Assembly: GCF_004010195.1 (NCBI RefSeq)
Contig: NC_057715.1
Span: forward strand, 93,608,456 to 93,672,455
Direction of reading: 5' to 3'
Source of the DNA: Chiloscyllium plagiosum
Taxonomy: Eukaryota
DNA: 64,000 bases
In this document: positions 25,030 to 38,900 of the stretch, one piece after another
Layout: each line of letters begins with the position of its first letter
How positions within the stretch are numbered: position 1 is the first letter of the stretch
Notes under the pieces: generated by a model
Told to the model about the DNA's origin: nothing
Database searches by the model: none
What the model saw: the letters and a program-made list of their open reading frames with translations, nothing else
Made by a program: the position numbers and the translations under genes

Positions 25030-26035
25030 AAGAACAAAGACCAAAGAAAATTTACAGCCCAGGAACAGGCCCTTTGGCCCTCCAAGCCTGAGCCGATCCA
25101 ATCACTGTCTAAACCTATCGCATCTGTATTCCAAAGCATCTGTATCCCTCTGCTCCCTAATTACTCATGCATCTGTCCAGACGCATCTTAAATGAATCCA
25201 CCGTGCCTGCCTCTACTACCTTTGTTGGCACCGCATTCCAGGCACCTATCACCCTTTGTGTAAACAACCTGCCACATTATCCCCCGTGTGGGCGGCACGG
25301 TGGCACAGTGGTTAGCATTGCTGCCTCACAGCGCCAGAGACCCGGGAGGTGAATTGGCCTTATTAAATTGCCCGTAGTGTTAGGTAAGGGGTAAATGTAG
25401 GGGTATGGGTGGGTTGCGCTTCGGCGGAGCAGTGTGGACTTGTTGGGCCGAAGGGCCTGTTTCCATACTGTAAGTAATCTAATCTAATCTAAAAAAAAAC
25501 CTTTAACCTCTCACCTTGAATGTGTGACCTCTCGTTATTGAATCCCTCACCCTGGGAAAAAGCTTATCTCTATCCATCCTGTCTATACCTATCATGATTT
25601 TGTAGACCTCAATCAGGTCCCCCCTCAATCTCTTTTTTTCTAATGAAAACAATCCTAACCGACTCAGCCTCTCTTCATAGCTAGCACCTTCCATACCAGG
25701 CAACATCCTCGTAAACCTCTCCAAAGCCTCCACATCCTTTTGGTAATGTGGCAACCAGAACTGTAGTATTCTAAATGCGGCCGAACCAAAGTCTTGTACA
25801 ATTTTAACATGACCTGCCAGCTCTTATACTCAATACCCCGTCTGATGAAGGCAAGCATACCATACGCCTTCTTGACCACCTTCTGTTTACAGTATAGTTC
25901 GCTCTTGAATTAGACTTCACACTTACCTGAATTGAACTCCATCTCCACTTCTCCGTCCAACTTTCCAGTCTATCTATATTCTCCTGTATTCTTTGACAGT
26001 CCCCTATGCTTTCTGCTACTCCACCAATCTTCATG
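25030..26035 (-). mobile_element. CR1-clade LINE 3' fragment interrupted by a SINE at 25289-25500
   Basis: [23 protein letters not shown]...RLRGDLIEVYKIM. Confidence 0.85.
25289..25495 (+). mobile_element. HE1-like SINE, internally deleted, inserted in a CR1
   Basis: Head joined directly to the 3' half; (aatct)n tail. Confidence 0.75.
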
Positions 26036-26483
26036 TTCCAGGGTGTTTTTCAACAAATTAATCTTTTTAAATGTTCAATGCCTGTCATTGGTAAAAGTGG
26101 TTGGCAATTTGAGTATTTGTGCAGGCAAGTCCTACTAATGGCAAATTACTCTGATACTCTGTTAGAGGGAGAGGTTTTGGCCAAGAACTCAATAGGAAGT
26201 TCTGTGCTTCATTGTATACTGCAATCACCTAAAATTCTTCTAAACTCCAGATAATATAGTCTTAGTTTGCTCAGTCTCTACTTGCTGACAATTCCATCCC
26301 AGGAATTATCCTTGTGAATGTTTGTTGCATCTCACATAAAGCAAACATGTATTTCCTTCGGTATGAAAACTGTATACAGTACTCCAGGTGTGGTCTCCCC
26401 AATCCCTTATACAATGCTAGTAAGACTTCCTATGTCACAGCTCCTGTGCAATAAAGGACAATGTAAGATTTGCGTTCCTAATT

Positions 26484-26668
26484 CAAAAGCAGAAATTGCT
26501 GATGAAGTTCAAAAGGTCTGGCAGCATCTTTGGGAAGACAACAGTTAACGTTTTGGGTTTGGTTGCTTTCCATCAGAACTCCTGATGCTGCCAGACCTGC
26601 TGAGCTTCACCAGCAATTTCTGTTTTTGTTTCAAATCTCCAGCATCCACAGTTCTTTGGTTTATATTA
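26484..26668. mobile_element. Fold-back PLE mini-element (family C)
   Basis: Inverted agaaattgctg...ggtctggcagcatc / gatgctgccagacc...cagcaatttct; near-TSD ttgc(g/a)ttcctaa at 26470-26481 and 26669-26680. Confidence 0.7.
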
Positions 26669-26860
26669 TTGCATTCCTAACTGATTGCTATATCTGTGCA
26701 TTAGATTTCTGTGCTCAGTGTGCAAGGGCACACAATTCTCTCTGAAACCACATTTAACAGTTTCTTATTTAAAGCAAGTTCAATAAAGATTAGTGTAAAA
26801 GTGTGCAAAACGTTTCACTGATAGCATGTCTGCAATTGTTTTTCAGAGAAGAATTTGATG

Positions 26861-26977
26861 ATGGATGCTTACACTGTATTAAAGGTAATTGGTGAAGGTT
26901 CCTTTGGCAGAGCTCTTTTGGTCCAAGCGCATAATGAAAGTCAGCAATATGTCATGAAGGAAATTCATCTTTCAAAG
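26861..26977 (+). CDS. NEK3: NEK3 coding exon 1 (glycine-rich loop, VMKE)
   Basis: tttcag acceptor at 26846, so a 5' UTR exon lies upstream; AAG|gtaaat donor. Confidence 0.93.
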
Positions 26978-29900
26978 GTAAATATGATGTGAGTTTTCGT
27001 GAAGATGATTACGTTGTCACTTTATTTTTATTTCCATTATCCATCTGAAGGCAAAGATATCATTTAGCTTTGTTCTCAATACAATTTATAGAAATTGAGA
27101 ATTACATTCCATTGGACTTGGATCAGCACGAATTATCATTTGTGGCAGCGAACAGTTTTAGAGCTGGTAGTCATCCCACTTGCATACTCAAAAAGTATGT
27201 TTGTTTTGTTCTTCTGGTGATTTTATCATAATGTGCATCAAACAATAAAGTGGCTAGATTACTTTCTTTGTCTCGGGTGAACTACAAAAAGAGCCAAAAG
27301 TTGTTCTTGGCTATGTCACAATTTATACTCCTGGACATTTGGAGAGACATTCCAAGTTCCAATTCCTTTTCACATCTCCGGACATGCCAAAATTGTTAAG
27401 TCATTACACATTAAGTATTGGTACTGTTCCACTGACAACCAAGCTGTGTATAGCAATGAGATAGTATAGGTTCAGGAAAAAGATATTGGTCAGGAATTTG
27501 AAGAAGAGTTACTGATCTTCTTTGAAAAGTGCCATGAGATCTTCTATAATGAAAACTGAAATTGCTGGAAAATCTCAGCAGATCTAGCAGCATCAGTGGA
27601 GAGAAATCAGAGTTAACATTTCAGATTCAGTGACCTTTCAGAGTCCAGTTTAGACTGTATCAAGTTAGCACTAGGTAGAGGATGCACATCCTCTTGCTAT
27701 TGCATATCATTTAAGCACATAATTCATAACCATATGGCTTATGATTTAATTGTAGCAAAGTTACAAGTTCTGTTCTAAAGCTTTAATGATACATACAATA
27801 TGGACCTTTGGGGGAAAAATGATTCTCGGTGTTTATTTTTCAGAACAAGGCAATGTGCTATCTATTTTCATTTTATCTTATTTATTTAGAATCCTTCTGG
27901 ATTACAAAGATCGCGGAGGGAAGCCATCCTCCTTGCAAGAATGAAGCACCCCAACATTGTTACATTTATAGACTCATTTGAAGGTGAGAAATTCATGGAA
28001 TTAATTATCTATTCTTCACACTTCCTTCTCCAATATTGCTCTTTCGCTTGTTCTAGTGTTCATTCCTCTCCTTGCTGTTTTCCAAAGTGAATGACATGCA
28101 CAGTATTCACAGCACTAAGACAGGCCGCTTGTCTAATGGGTCCATGCTGTTAACACGTGCTGCAGATAAGACACCTCCCGTCTTTCTTTAGCTAACCTTT
28201 TCCATTTGTCTTTTCAATTCCTTTTTCTCCACACATTATCTAAACTGCCCTTATATGTATCATTGATGTTCGTGTCAACCATTCCTTGTGATAGCTAGTT
28301 CCACATTTGAAGCACTTGCTGTGCAAAGACGTTTCTCCTGACTTCCCTTTTGATTTCATTAGTGACTCAATTATATTTACTGGCACTAGTTCTGCTTTCA
28401 TCCACCAGTAGAAAAATCTTATCAAATCAGTCCATAATCTAGACCTCTGACATAAGAACACAAGAAATAGGAGCAGGAGGAGGCCATTTAGCCCGTAGAG
28501 CCCTCTGCAAATGAATGAAATCTTGGCTGTTTTAGAAAAAAGAACAGTACGGCACAGAAACAGGCACTTCAGCCCATCAAGACTGTGCTGACACATGATA
28601 CTTTTCTAAACTAAAAGCCTTTACCTCTTATGTGGTTTCTGTCACTCTATTCCCTGCTTATTCATATATCTGGCAAGATACCTTTTAAACATTGTTATTA
28701 TATACCCATCCAACACCACCTCTGGCATCGCATTCCTGGCACTTAAAAGTCTCTGTGTAAAAAAAGAACGTGCCTCTCACATCTCATTTAAACTTACCCT
28801 GTTTTACCTTAAGCCAATGGCCCCTTGCAATTGACATTTCTAATTTTGAGATAAAGATTCCGACTGTACAGCCTATCTATGTCTTTCATAATTTTGTAAA
28901 CTTCTGTCAGGTTGCCCCTCATCCTGCAATATTCAAGTAGACAAACTTGATTTGTTTTCAGTCTCCCTTCATAGCTAATAACCTCCAAACCAGGCAACAT
29001 CCTGGTAAACTGTTCCTGTACCCTCTCCTAAGCTTGCACATCCTTCTGCTAACGTAGCGACCAGAACTGTATGCAATATTCTAAATGTGGATTAAGTAAA
29101 GTTTTGTACAACTACAACATGACTAAGCATACTCTGTGCCCTGATCGAGGAAGGCAAGTATGCTATGTAACTCTCAACCACCTTATCCACATATATTGCC
29201 ACTTTCAGGGAACTATGAACAAGCAAAACTAGATCCATCTGTGTGTTGATGCTGCTAAGGATTCTGTCATTTACTGTGTACTTTCTTCCTGCGTACGATC
29301 TCCTAAAATGCCTAACATTTGTCCAGATTAAGCTCTGTCCAAATCTGCTATCTATATCCTGCTCTATCCTCTGGCAAACATCCTCACTATCTGCAGCTCC
29401 CCCATTCTTTGTGTCAGCTGCAAACTTACTAATCAGATCTTCCAAATCATTTTTATATATATATATATATATTGCAAACAACAAGGGTTCCAGCAGTGAT
29501 CCTTACAGAACACCACTGGTCACTGGTCTCTACCCTTCCACCACTACTCAGTCTTCTATGATTAAGTCAGTTCTGTATCCACCTTACCAACATACCGCAG
29601 ATCCAATGTGACTTCACCTTTATATCAGTCTGCAAAGAGAGACCTTGCCAAAGGTCTTGCTAAAGTCCACATTGATAATATCTACCGCTCTGCCCCCATC
29701 AATCATCTTGGTCACTTGCTCAAAAACCTCAATCCAGCTTGTGAGACGTGATCTTCCCCACACAAAGCCATGCTGCCTATTGCTAATAAGTCCATAGTTT
29801 TCCAAACATGAGTAAATCCTATCCCGAAGAAACTTCTCCAATAATTTCCCTACCACCGACATTTGCTTTTTATTCATTCATGGGTTGTGGACATTGCTGG

Positions 29901-32900
29901 CTGAGCCAGTATGTATTACCCATTCCTATTTCCCATGAGCCAAATGTTTTAGGTCATTTAAGAACATGTGAAATGTTAACCATGTTCATACGAGCCTGGA
30001 GTTACACGTAGGCCAGACTAGGCCAGGATGGCAGGATTCCTTACCCAAGAGGCATTTGTGAATCAGAGGAGTTTTTAGGGTATTTGACTGTGGTCAGCAT
30101 TAGACTGGATTTTAATTGCAGATTTTGTTGAATTTAATTTTTACCATCAGCCATTAATAGTGGGATTTTGAACCCTGTTCTGGATTATGAGTCATGTGAC
30201 ATCACCATTAGCCTACTGCCTCCCCATCTTCTATGTCAACAATACTTACTTGCATTATCCATTGATGATTTTAATATGTGGAACTCTATGAATCTCAGTC
30301 TCAAACATACTCGACAACTGAGCCCCCACAGTTGTCTGCAATAGAGAATTCTAAGCAATTCGCTATCGAGCAAGTGAAGAAGTTCCACCTTATTTTAGTC
30401 CTAAATGGCTTGCCCTTTCATTTGGAGCCTCTAATCTTTTCTTCTAGTTGCCACCCCACCCTGACCCATCCTGCATCTACCCTGTAAGAATTTTGTATGT
30501 TTGAATGAGATCATCTCTCATTCTTCTAAAACATGAGGTAATATTTACTGTTTTCTCACAGGACAAATGTTTCCTCACATTTACTGTTTCCTCCGTTCTT
30601 CCATTTCATGAATTTTTGCAAACATTTGTTGCTCTCCATCTCTGGTACGTCTGTCTTTCTCTTGCATAAGGAGATCAAAATTGAATACAATTGCAGCAAG
30701 ACATCTTTCTTCTGTTGTCAAAACCCTCATGTTGTTAAGGCTGTTTGCCTTTTTAATTGCTTGCTGGATCAGCATGTTAACTTTCAGTGTCTCACGACTA
30801 GATACATCCAAGTTCCTTTGAAGTTCTGATGTGGAGGTGCCGGTGTTGGACTGGGGTGGACAAAGTTTAAAAATCACACAGCACCAGGTTATAGTCCAAC
30901 AGATTTATTTGGAAGTACAAGCTTTCAGAGTGCTGCTCCTTTGTCAGGTAACTAGTGGGGCAGGATCATAGGACAAAGAATTTATAGTAAAGGATCAAAG
31001 TGTCAGACAATTTATGCGATGTATTGAACAAACCTAGATTGCTGTTAAGTCTTTAATCATTTAGAATGGGGATGCAGGTTTCAATTGATTAATATGTAAA
31101 TCCCAGAACTTCTTTCAAGTCACAGTCCCAGGATAACTGAAGGTTTTATCAGTATATAAGGAAAAGACATCTCAGCTCCGAGAATACATTACAGGTGTGA
31201 GGTTACAGTCTGTCTGTATCCCAACCTTGAGTCAGACTGGTTTTATTTCCAAAGTAGGAATTTATAAACAATCACATGGACTGACAGCCTGCTTTTTGAA
31301 CACAATAGAATGTATCTGCAAATACAAATCTGCAAATGCAAATTCACCCCATAGACTTATATGTGTGCACGCGCATGTGTGGGGGGAGGAGAGAGGGAGA
31401 GAGTTCGCGTGTGTACGTGTGTGTACACATATACGCGCATGCCATTTGTCAAACCTTAAACAGACCATTGTTCACAGCCAACGACCCAGCCTTCAGGAAA
31501 ACACCCACCACAACATCATACAACCCTGCCATGGCAACCACTGTAACACCGTATCAGAGTGTTGACATGGATACTACCATCACATGTGGGAATGCCATCC
31601 ATCATTTGTGCGGCAGGTACTCATGCGACTCAGCCAACATTATCTAACTCATACAGTTAGACAAGCATGCCCTGAGGCATGGTATATTGACAAAACCAAG
31701 CAGACGCTACGACAATAGATGAATAGACACCAATCACCAGACATCCCCTCCCAGTGAGGGAGCACTTCAAAGGTCAAGGAGATTTGGCCTCAGATCTTCG
31801 AGGACCATCTTCCAAGGCTGACTTTGGATAAGCAACAACGCAGAGTTGCTGAGCAGAGGCTGGTAGCCAAGTTCACTACCCATGAGGATGGCCTCAACTG
31901 GGATGATGGATTCATGTCACACCACAGGTGACCCCACCACACTATATGCTCTCGCACACATACACACACTCTCTTATACATGATTACACACAGACCCACT
32001 CTCGTACTCTCTCTCTCTCCCACTCTCTCTCACTCACTCACATACTCCATCACACGTGTGCATACATTGTATCATATGCACACACGTAAGTCTGTTGGAT
32101 GAACTTGCATTTGGGATTTGTATTTGCAGATACATTCTATTTTGTTCAAAGCACACACAATCTGTAGGCAGTCAGTCCATGTGGCATTTCATAAATTTGT
32201 GTCTTGCTTCAAACTGCTAATGTTTGAAGTGACTTTTAAAATTTATGTGCTGTTGTTGTGAGACATGTCCATAATCACCTGCATTCAGTTAAATTTCTTT
32301 TGCTGCTGTTTTCCACACCTACATTGGTGTGTAATATTTATCAAATGCTTGAAACTACAATACTGAGCCAACAGGAAAATTATTTGCAAACAGTTCACTT
32401 TTGGTATAGGCTGTGTGAAACAACTTTGGCATGAATTAATCCCGTTGATGAAATATTTATCATTGTTGTGAGAAATGATGAAGGAAGCTAATAAAACAGT
32501 GGGGAGAGACAAGAAAAAAATTACAAATAATTAAAACTTTGAGAAATGGTGGAGATAGATTATTTTAATTTGGATGCAGATTAAAGCACATTTCAAAATT
32601 AATGTATATTATGAAAGTAATGTGAAAAAACAATTAAATATTACTGCTGGTGAGTTCTTAAATATATTTAGGGGAAAAGAAATAGATAAAGTTATATTGC
32701 TATGCATGAACTGCTCTCTAGTTCCTCTTTGGTGAAAAATTTCCTCTATTTAAAAAACGAATTACTCTATTTTTCACCATTTCATGCTCTGGAGGCCTGA
32801 TTCATCTTACAATGAATAATTATTCTTTTAAAGTAGCAACCATCAATGTACATACACAGTGAGACTATAACTATCAGGGAAGATTGAAGCAACTACATGG

Positions 32901-35900
32901 GACTCTTTTCTGTTGGAAAAATTATTCAGAGGTGGATGAATTCTGACAGTGTTGATGATAGATGTGGAGAAGATGTTTCCATTTATTGGGAATCCATAAT
33001 GAAGGACAGCAAAATAACAAAAAATGCTCCCATAAATTTGAGTAATTTGTAAGAAATGTCTTTATTCAAGGAATGGTGAGAATGTGAAATTCACTGCTAA
33101 ATAGAGTGATTTAAGTGAATAACATAGATGCATTTAAAGGGAAGCAACTTGCTAAGTGCACAAGGAAAGAAAGAGGTGGAAGGACACATGGGTAGGCTTA
33201 GATAAGGCGTGCTGGAAGGAAACTCCTGTGGAACAATAACATACAGCTAAAACCCTGCAGATGAATAACAGGTGTAAAAGTCTGTTTCTGGAATGTTTTT
33301 TCTACTTTGTACTTTGCGAAAAAGTATCATGGTTTTGGATAAAAAGAGTCCTGTGGAAATAAATTGTTGCTTTGACAACTAGTTAATTTAGGATTTCACT
33401 ATTTACATATTTAATGTTATGATTTTTTTTCCTATTGCAGCTGAAGGGCATCTTTATATAGTGATGGAATTCTGTGATGGTGGAGATCTCACGCAAAAAC
33501 TCCTGCAGCGAAAGGACAAACTATTTCCAGAAGAAACGGTATACATCCTGTGATAAATGAATGAAACGTAATCACAGACTTAGAGGAGCAGGATTCACCT
33601 GCGTGAATTGTTGTGTGCCTAGTTCCAGCTACACTTGCGGGTTGTCTGGAACTGGCCATATTAGATTGAACGCCGGGAAACTGCAAGATTTCCCCCTCCT
33701 CGTTTAAACGCCCTTGTTTCATCTCCATCTTTGTGGGGATGGACCTTTCTAATTGGGCACTGTTCTCATGGGATAGCTCACTTAGCAATAACCCCTTTTT
33801 GCTCCTCCAACTTGCTCTCTCTGTAAACCACACCCCCCCAAAAAAAACGCAGACATATACTCTGAGACCACCGGGTTGCTGGCTGTCCAATTGGCCAGCA
33901 ATACTTACAGACGTTTACACTTTAAAGGGACAGCAGTTCCAACATCTGCAAATTAGTTGCCAGATGGCAAAAAGTGGCTGACACTGGGTTGTCCTAGCAT
34001 TCCGGTCAGTGTTCCCAGCTTACTAAGAACATCTGTGATTGTGTCCACTTCATTCATTGCAATTTTGATATATGAAACATTAAAAAAATTTTTTTTGCTC
34101 TTTTATGTAACATTATACTACAATTGAAATATTTATATTTTAAGATTAACCTGAACAATCGGTACAATTTTGATAATTGTAAATTATTTTAAAACTTAGG
34201 TTTATAAAATAGTAACTTGCACAGAATCCAGAGTGCCTTTTTCATGAAGTACTCACTATTAGAAATTGACAGAGGAATTATTTTGTTGTTTTGCTTTTAA
34301 CAGATATTGAATCTGTTTGTACAAATTTGCCTCGGAATGAAGCACATACATGACAAACGAGTTCTACACAGAGATATCAAATCCAAGGCAAGTATTTCAT
34401 TCTACAGAGAGAAAAAAAATTAAAATAACTGTATCTCTTTATTAAGAATAACAAAATAATTGCTTGTGTTCTGGCTAATCTGATGGGATATAAAGCTAGA
34501 TTTATCAAGCTCGGCCTTATGTGACTTAAAATTTGAAATTAATGAGTTTGGAAAATCTATCGTGCTTAACTAGTTTGTTTAATTCTTTCATCAAGAGTCT
34601 TAATGGAGGCATTAGCTTACTTTGTGTAACTGGACAATTGCCTCAATTAAAGGAGCTGACTGAAGTCTTTAACCAGTAAATGCTAGAGAGCAATAGCTAG
34701 CTTCTAATTGCACTTAAGTATTATATTTCATTGGATTTTATTATGAGTATCTTCAAACAATATTTTGAAGTTTTGTACTGTGCTTTGTATGGTTTTCTAT
34801 ATGTTAGTCCGTGTAACATATCACAGAGTGACTGGTTCTTATTGAGTCAGATATCTGGACATTTAATAACAATTATGTACACAAATGTGGCATCTCAGAG
34901 TTGCATAAAGCGTCTGAGTTAAATGATTGCTTAGGTTACTATTATAGATATTTTCTAATCAACCTGTTAATACACACCTCCAGAGCAGGTGAGACTTGAA
35001 CTCAGGCCTCTTGGCCTAGAGGCAGGTACACTACCACTGTGCCACAAGCACCTTAGATTTATACGATATTATATACATAGTTGATTAGCTGGCTAACAGT
35101 CTGGATGACTGCTTGCAGTCTAACCAACTGACAGTGATTGAATGTACAGAGAGTAAGATAGAGACCTCTTAAATGAGACCATCACAAATTGTGATGTCAT
35201 TTGGTTTTCTTAAAGATCTGTGCAATAATCTGACCTTGCAAAAATCAAAATGATGTTTACAATATCAAAAAAAATCTGAAACAGATTTTACATCTCTGTG
35301 GTACCCCTTTGTGACTGTGTGTTTAACTGTGTCACCCTTGAGCTACATGAGATGGAAAGGTACACTAAGCTACAAATCAGGTTTAATCCTGATTTGTGCT
35401 GACATAGCTGGCTAGCCTCAGTTGAATTGCCAGTAAGATTATTGTCCTATGTTATCCTGTCACTGGTCAGCTTGTTGCTGTAAAATGTTGCAGTTACCCA
35501 TATCTTTTTCAGTTTGCTACACTTGCTATCATTAGCCACTTCTCAGGAGAACAGAGCAATTCATAACAGAACATTATCTTATTGTTATGTCACGTAAACA
35601 CTATTAATACTAACACTATTGTTAATGTATAAATTTGTGTGTTAATAATTACCTTACACCCAGTCTTGAATGATGCCATTTGGTCCACCTAACCGCATAC
35701 TACCATTCAAAAGTCATATCATTGGGCAAAACATTCAAAACTGCTTTGAAACTATATTGTTCTTCATATCTTCATTCCATTAGTACAAGAATTTTACTTG
35801 CCCCACCTAGTCTTTGTTCGGTTCACATGCTTGAGTTCAGTCTCTATTTCGTTCATATTCACCTTCACTAGAGTAAATAACTTGAGTACTGCAGCTACTG

Positions 35901-38900
35901 TTGCACATCATCTCCTCACCAGCCATCATCACTGAGAAGGGCAACGGCAGCAGAACATGGAAACATTGCCCCCTACAAGTTCCTCTCCAAGCCACTCAGC
36001 ATTCTGACTTGCAACAATATTGCCATTCCTTCAGTGTCCCAGTCAAAGTCTTCAAACCCCCTCCCTGACAACATTGTGTGTAACCGTACACTAAATGGAT
36101 TGCAATCATTCAAGAAGGCAGTTCAACAGCATATTCTCAAAGGCAGTTAGTGAAGTGCAATAAATGCTGGTCCAGCCAGTGATGTTCACATAACATGAAT
36201 GCATTTTCTAAGAAAAGCTGGCATCAAAATTCACTTTTGTTATCTGATTTTAAATTGCAGAACATATTCCTCACTAAAAATGGAGTGGTTAAACTGGGAG
36301 ACTTTGGATCTGCACATCTACTGAACAGGCAAGTTTACTCACGATTACATGAGTGTTACTGGGTTGATGTATGTTAGTGCAAATTTGTTTTTGTAGAGCC
36401 CTAACAGCTTAATAAGTAATACTCTCCACATTCCATATAATTCTGTATTGCCGTTCTGTATAAATGGATTTTTATTTTCTATCATAATTGTCTGCTCTTC
36501 ATTAAAATGTTTCTTTCCTCTTTACAGTCCCATGGCCTTTGCTCATACCTATGTAGGAACACCATACTATGTATCTCCAGAGATTTGGGAGAATAAACCT
36601 TACAATAACAAAAGGTACAAACATATTTGGGGAAGGAGGTGATGGATGGGAAACAAAATTCTGTAAGAAGGACATAGTATACTTACTGCACTGGGATAGT
36701 TTTTTTTAAGCATTCCAGCTGCTAACCCGGGAAGGCAGTGGTCAAATTAACCAGAAAAATTCACTTACTTTTATAAAGATGATTGACAAGTACATTTACA
36801 AACACTTTTATCAGATTTTGTACTCATTCACTCAACAATTTCATAGCTGGAATATCCTAGGACAGGTAGCTCCAATTACATTTTTAAATGCATTGGATTG
36901 ACAGCAAAATAAAATTACATCATTTAGATTCTGCTTAACAATGAGAGACATCATTCAGGAGATAGGATAGCACAGCGTGATGTCACACTTTACCTTGAGG
37001 AGATGGCTCAAATTTATTATTTTTGGACGATTGTAGGCAAATTGGAGTATATAAAACTGGCCTCCAACATCGGCTTAAATTCAGCTAAAGTGGGATATCT
37101 TCCAATGCTAAAATTTCTGTTTTTATTTTAACATCTCTAGAACCATTGTTAATGTGCTCCTTATTAAAAGCTATATTGTTGTGCAAGATGATGAATGAAC
37201 ATATAATATTTACATCCAGTGGAATGAAAACTGGTTGTGTTTTGTTAATGAAACGTGATTAACCAGTTGAGATAGATGGATTAAATCACAATCGATTGTG
37301 TATGAAGAAGCTTGGTCATGAAATGATTAACCAGTGATTCTTACTGGGAGGTACAAATGTGGATTTTGTTTATAAACTACAGTACCCTTGGCTGAGATTC
37401 ATTCTGTAAACTCTCTGTTAGGCCTCTTTTTTGACTGAGGTTCTGGGTGATTGCAGGACCAAATGTAGCTATACCCTAGTAAGAACTAGCAGCATCTGGA
37501 AAGCAAATGCGGAAAAGTGTTTATAGTGCACATTGTCACAGCATCCTCCTTAGAACAGCTACTTGAAAGATAATATTTTTGTAGATAGCAATGTAGAACT
37601 CAACCAGTGAAGGTGTAAATGTGCAAAATTGTCTACTTTCTACCTAACTATAATACAATAAGTTTTTTTTGTTGTAATTCAATTTGTAACAGATTCTACT
37701 TTTACTTTTTTAGTGATATTTGGGCCTTGGGATGCGTCTTGTATGAACTCTGCACACTACGGCATCCTGTAAGTAGCAGTTTTCTGAAGAACAGTTCGCA
37801 ACTCCTCTGCTGCAACATCAACAATATTTAGCACCTTTAATGTTGTGATACATCCCAAGGAGTGGCACAGTGGTTAACACTGCTGCCTCACAATGGCAGG
37901 GACTCTGGTTCGATTCCAGCTTTGTGTGACTGTCTGGAGTTTGCAAATTCTCCTCATGTCTGCATGGGTTTCCTCCAGGTTTCTCGCACAATCCAAAGAT
38001 GTACAGCTTAGGTGCATTGGCCATGTGAAATTGCCAAATAGTGTCCAGGATGGGCGGCTAGGTTGATGAGCTGAAAATGTGTTGCTGGAAAAGCGCAGCA
38101 GGTCAGGCAGCATCCAAGGAACAGGAAAATCGACGTTTCGGGCATAAGCCCTTCTTCAGGCTTATGCCCGAAACGTCGATTCTCCTGTTCCTTGGATGCT
38201 GCCTGACCTGCTGCGCTTTTCCAGCAACACATTTTCAGCTCTGCTCTCCAGCATCTGCAGTCCTCACTTTCTCTCGGCAAGGTAGATGAGCCATGGTAAA
38301 TTCGGGGCTACAAAAATAGGGTGTGGGTCTGGGTGGGATGTCCTTCGGAGGATCAGTGGAGACACAATGGGCTGGCTTCTATCTGCACTTCAGAGGTTCT
38401 ATGATTCTGTGACTTCCCAGAGGTATTATAAAATAGGTCATGGAGGGAACTGAAAATCTGGATGAGAATTTTAAAATCATTATGTTACTTGACCAGGGTT
38501 CAACGTATATCAACAAGCACAAGGATGAGAGGGGAATGGAATTAGCTGTGAGTTAAGACAGGAGTAACAGTATATTGGATAAATCCAAATTTGTAGCCAC
38601 TAAAATGTGAAAGACCAACCAGGAGTAGGTTGGAATAGTTGTGAGCAGAGATAGTGAAGAGGGTAAAATGAGTTCAGAGTGGCTGGTGGAGGATTTAAAA
38701 AGAAAATCAGAACACATTTCAATTTTAACCACACAGAGATTGTCTTTAAATACAGAATCTGTAAAGATGGTGTATAATGTCGGGAGGTCAAGACAGAAGC
38801 TTAAAAATGTCATCCAGTCAAAAAACTGTTGCTTTTAAAAAATTTATTCTTACAATCTGTTATTCAGTCAAAGTGTCTTACAACGCTCCATTGAACACAT

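Noticed and set aside
31526-31539. X-box-like tgccatggcaac
   Set aside because: It lies inside PLE coding remnant (CHGN codons) and is probably coincidental.
38068-38273. DNA-transposon MITE interpretation of the fold-back elements
   Set aside because: The arms match PLE 3' termini attached to GIY-YIG/RT sequence elsewhere in the window, the ends are asymmetric, and TSD length varies from 12 to 17 bp.
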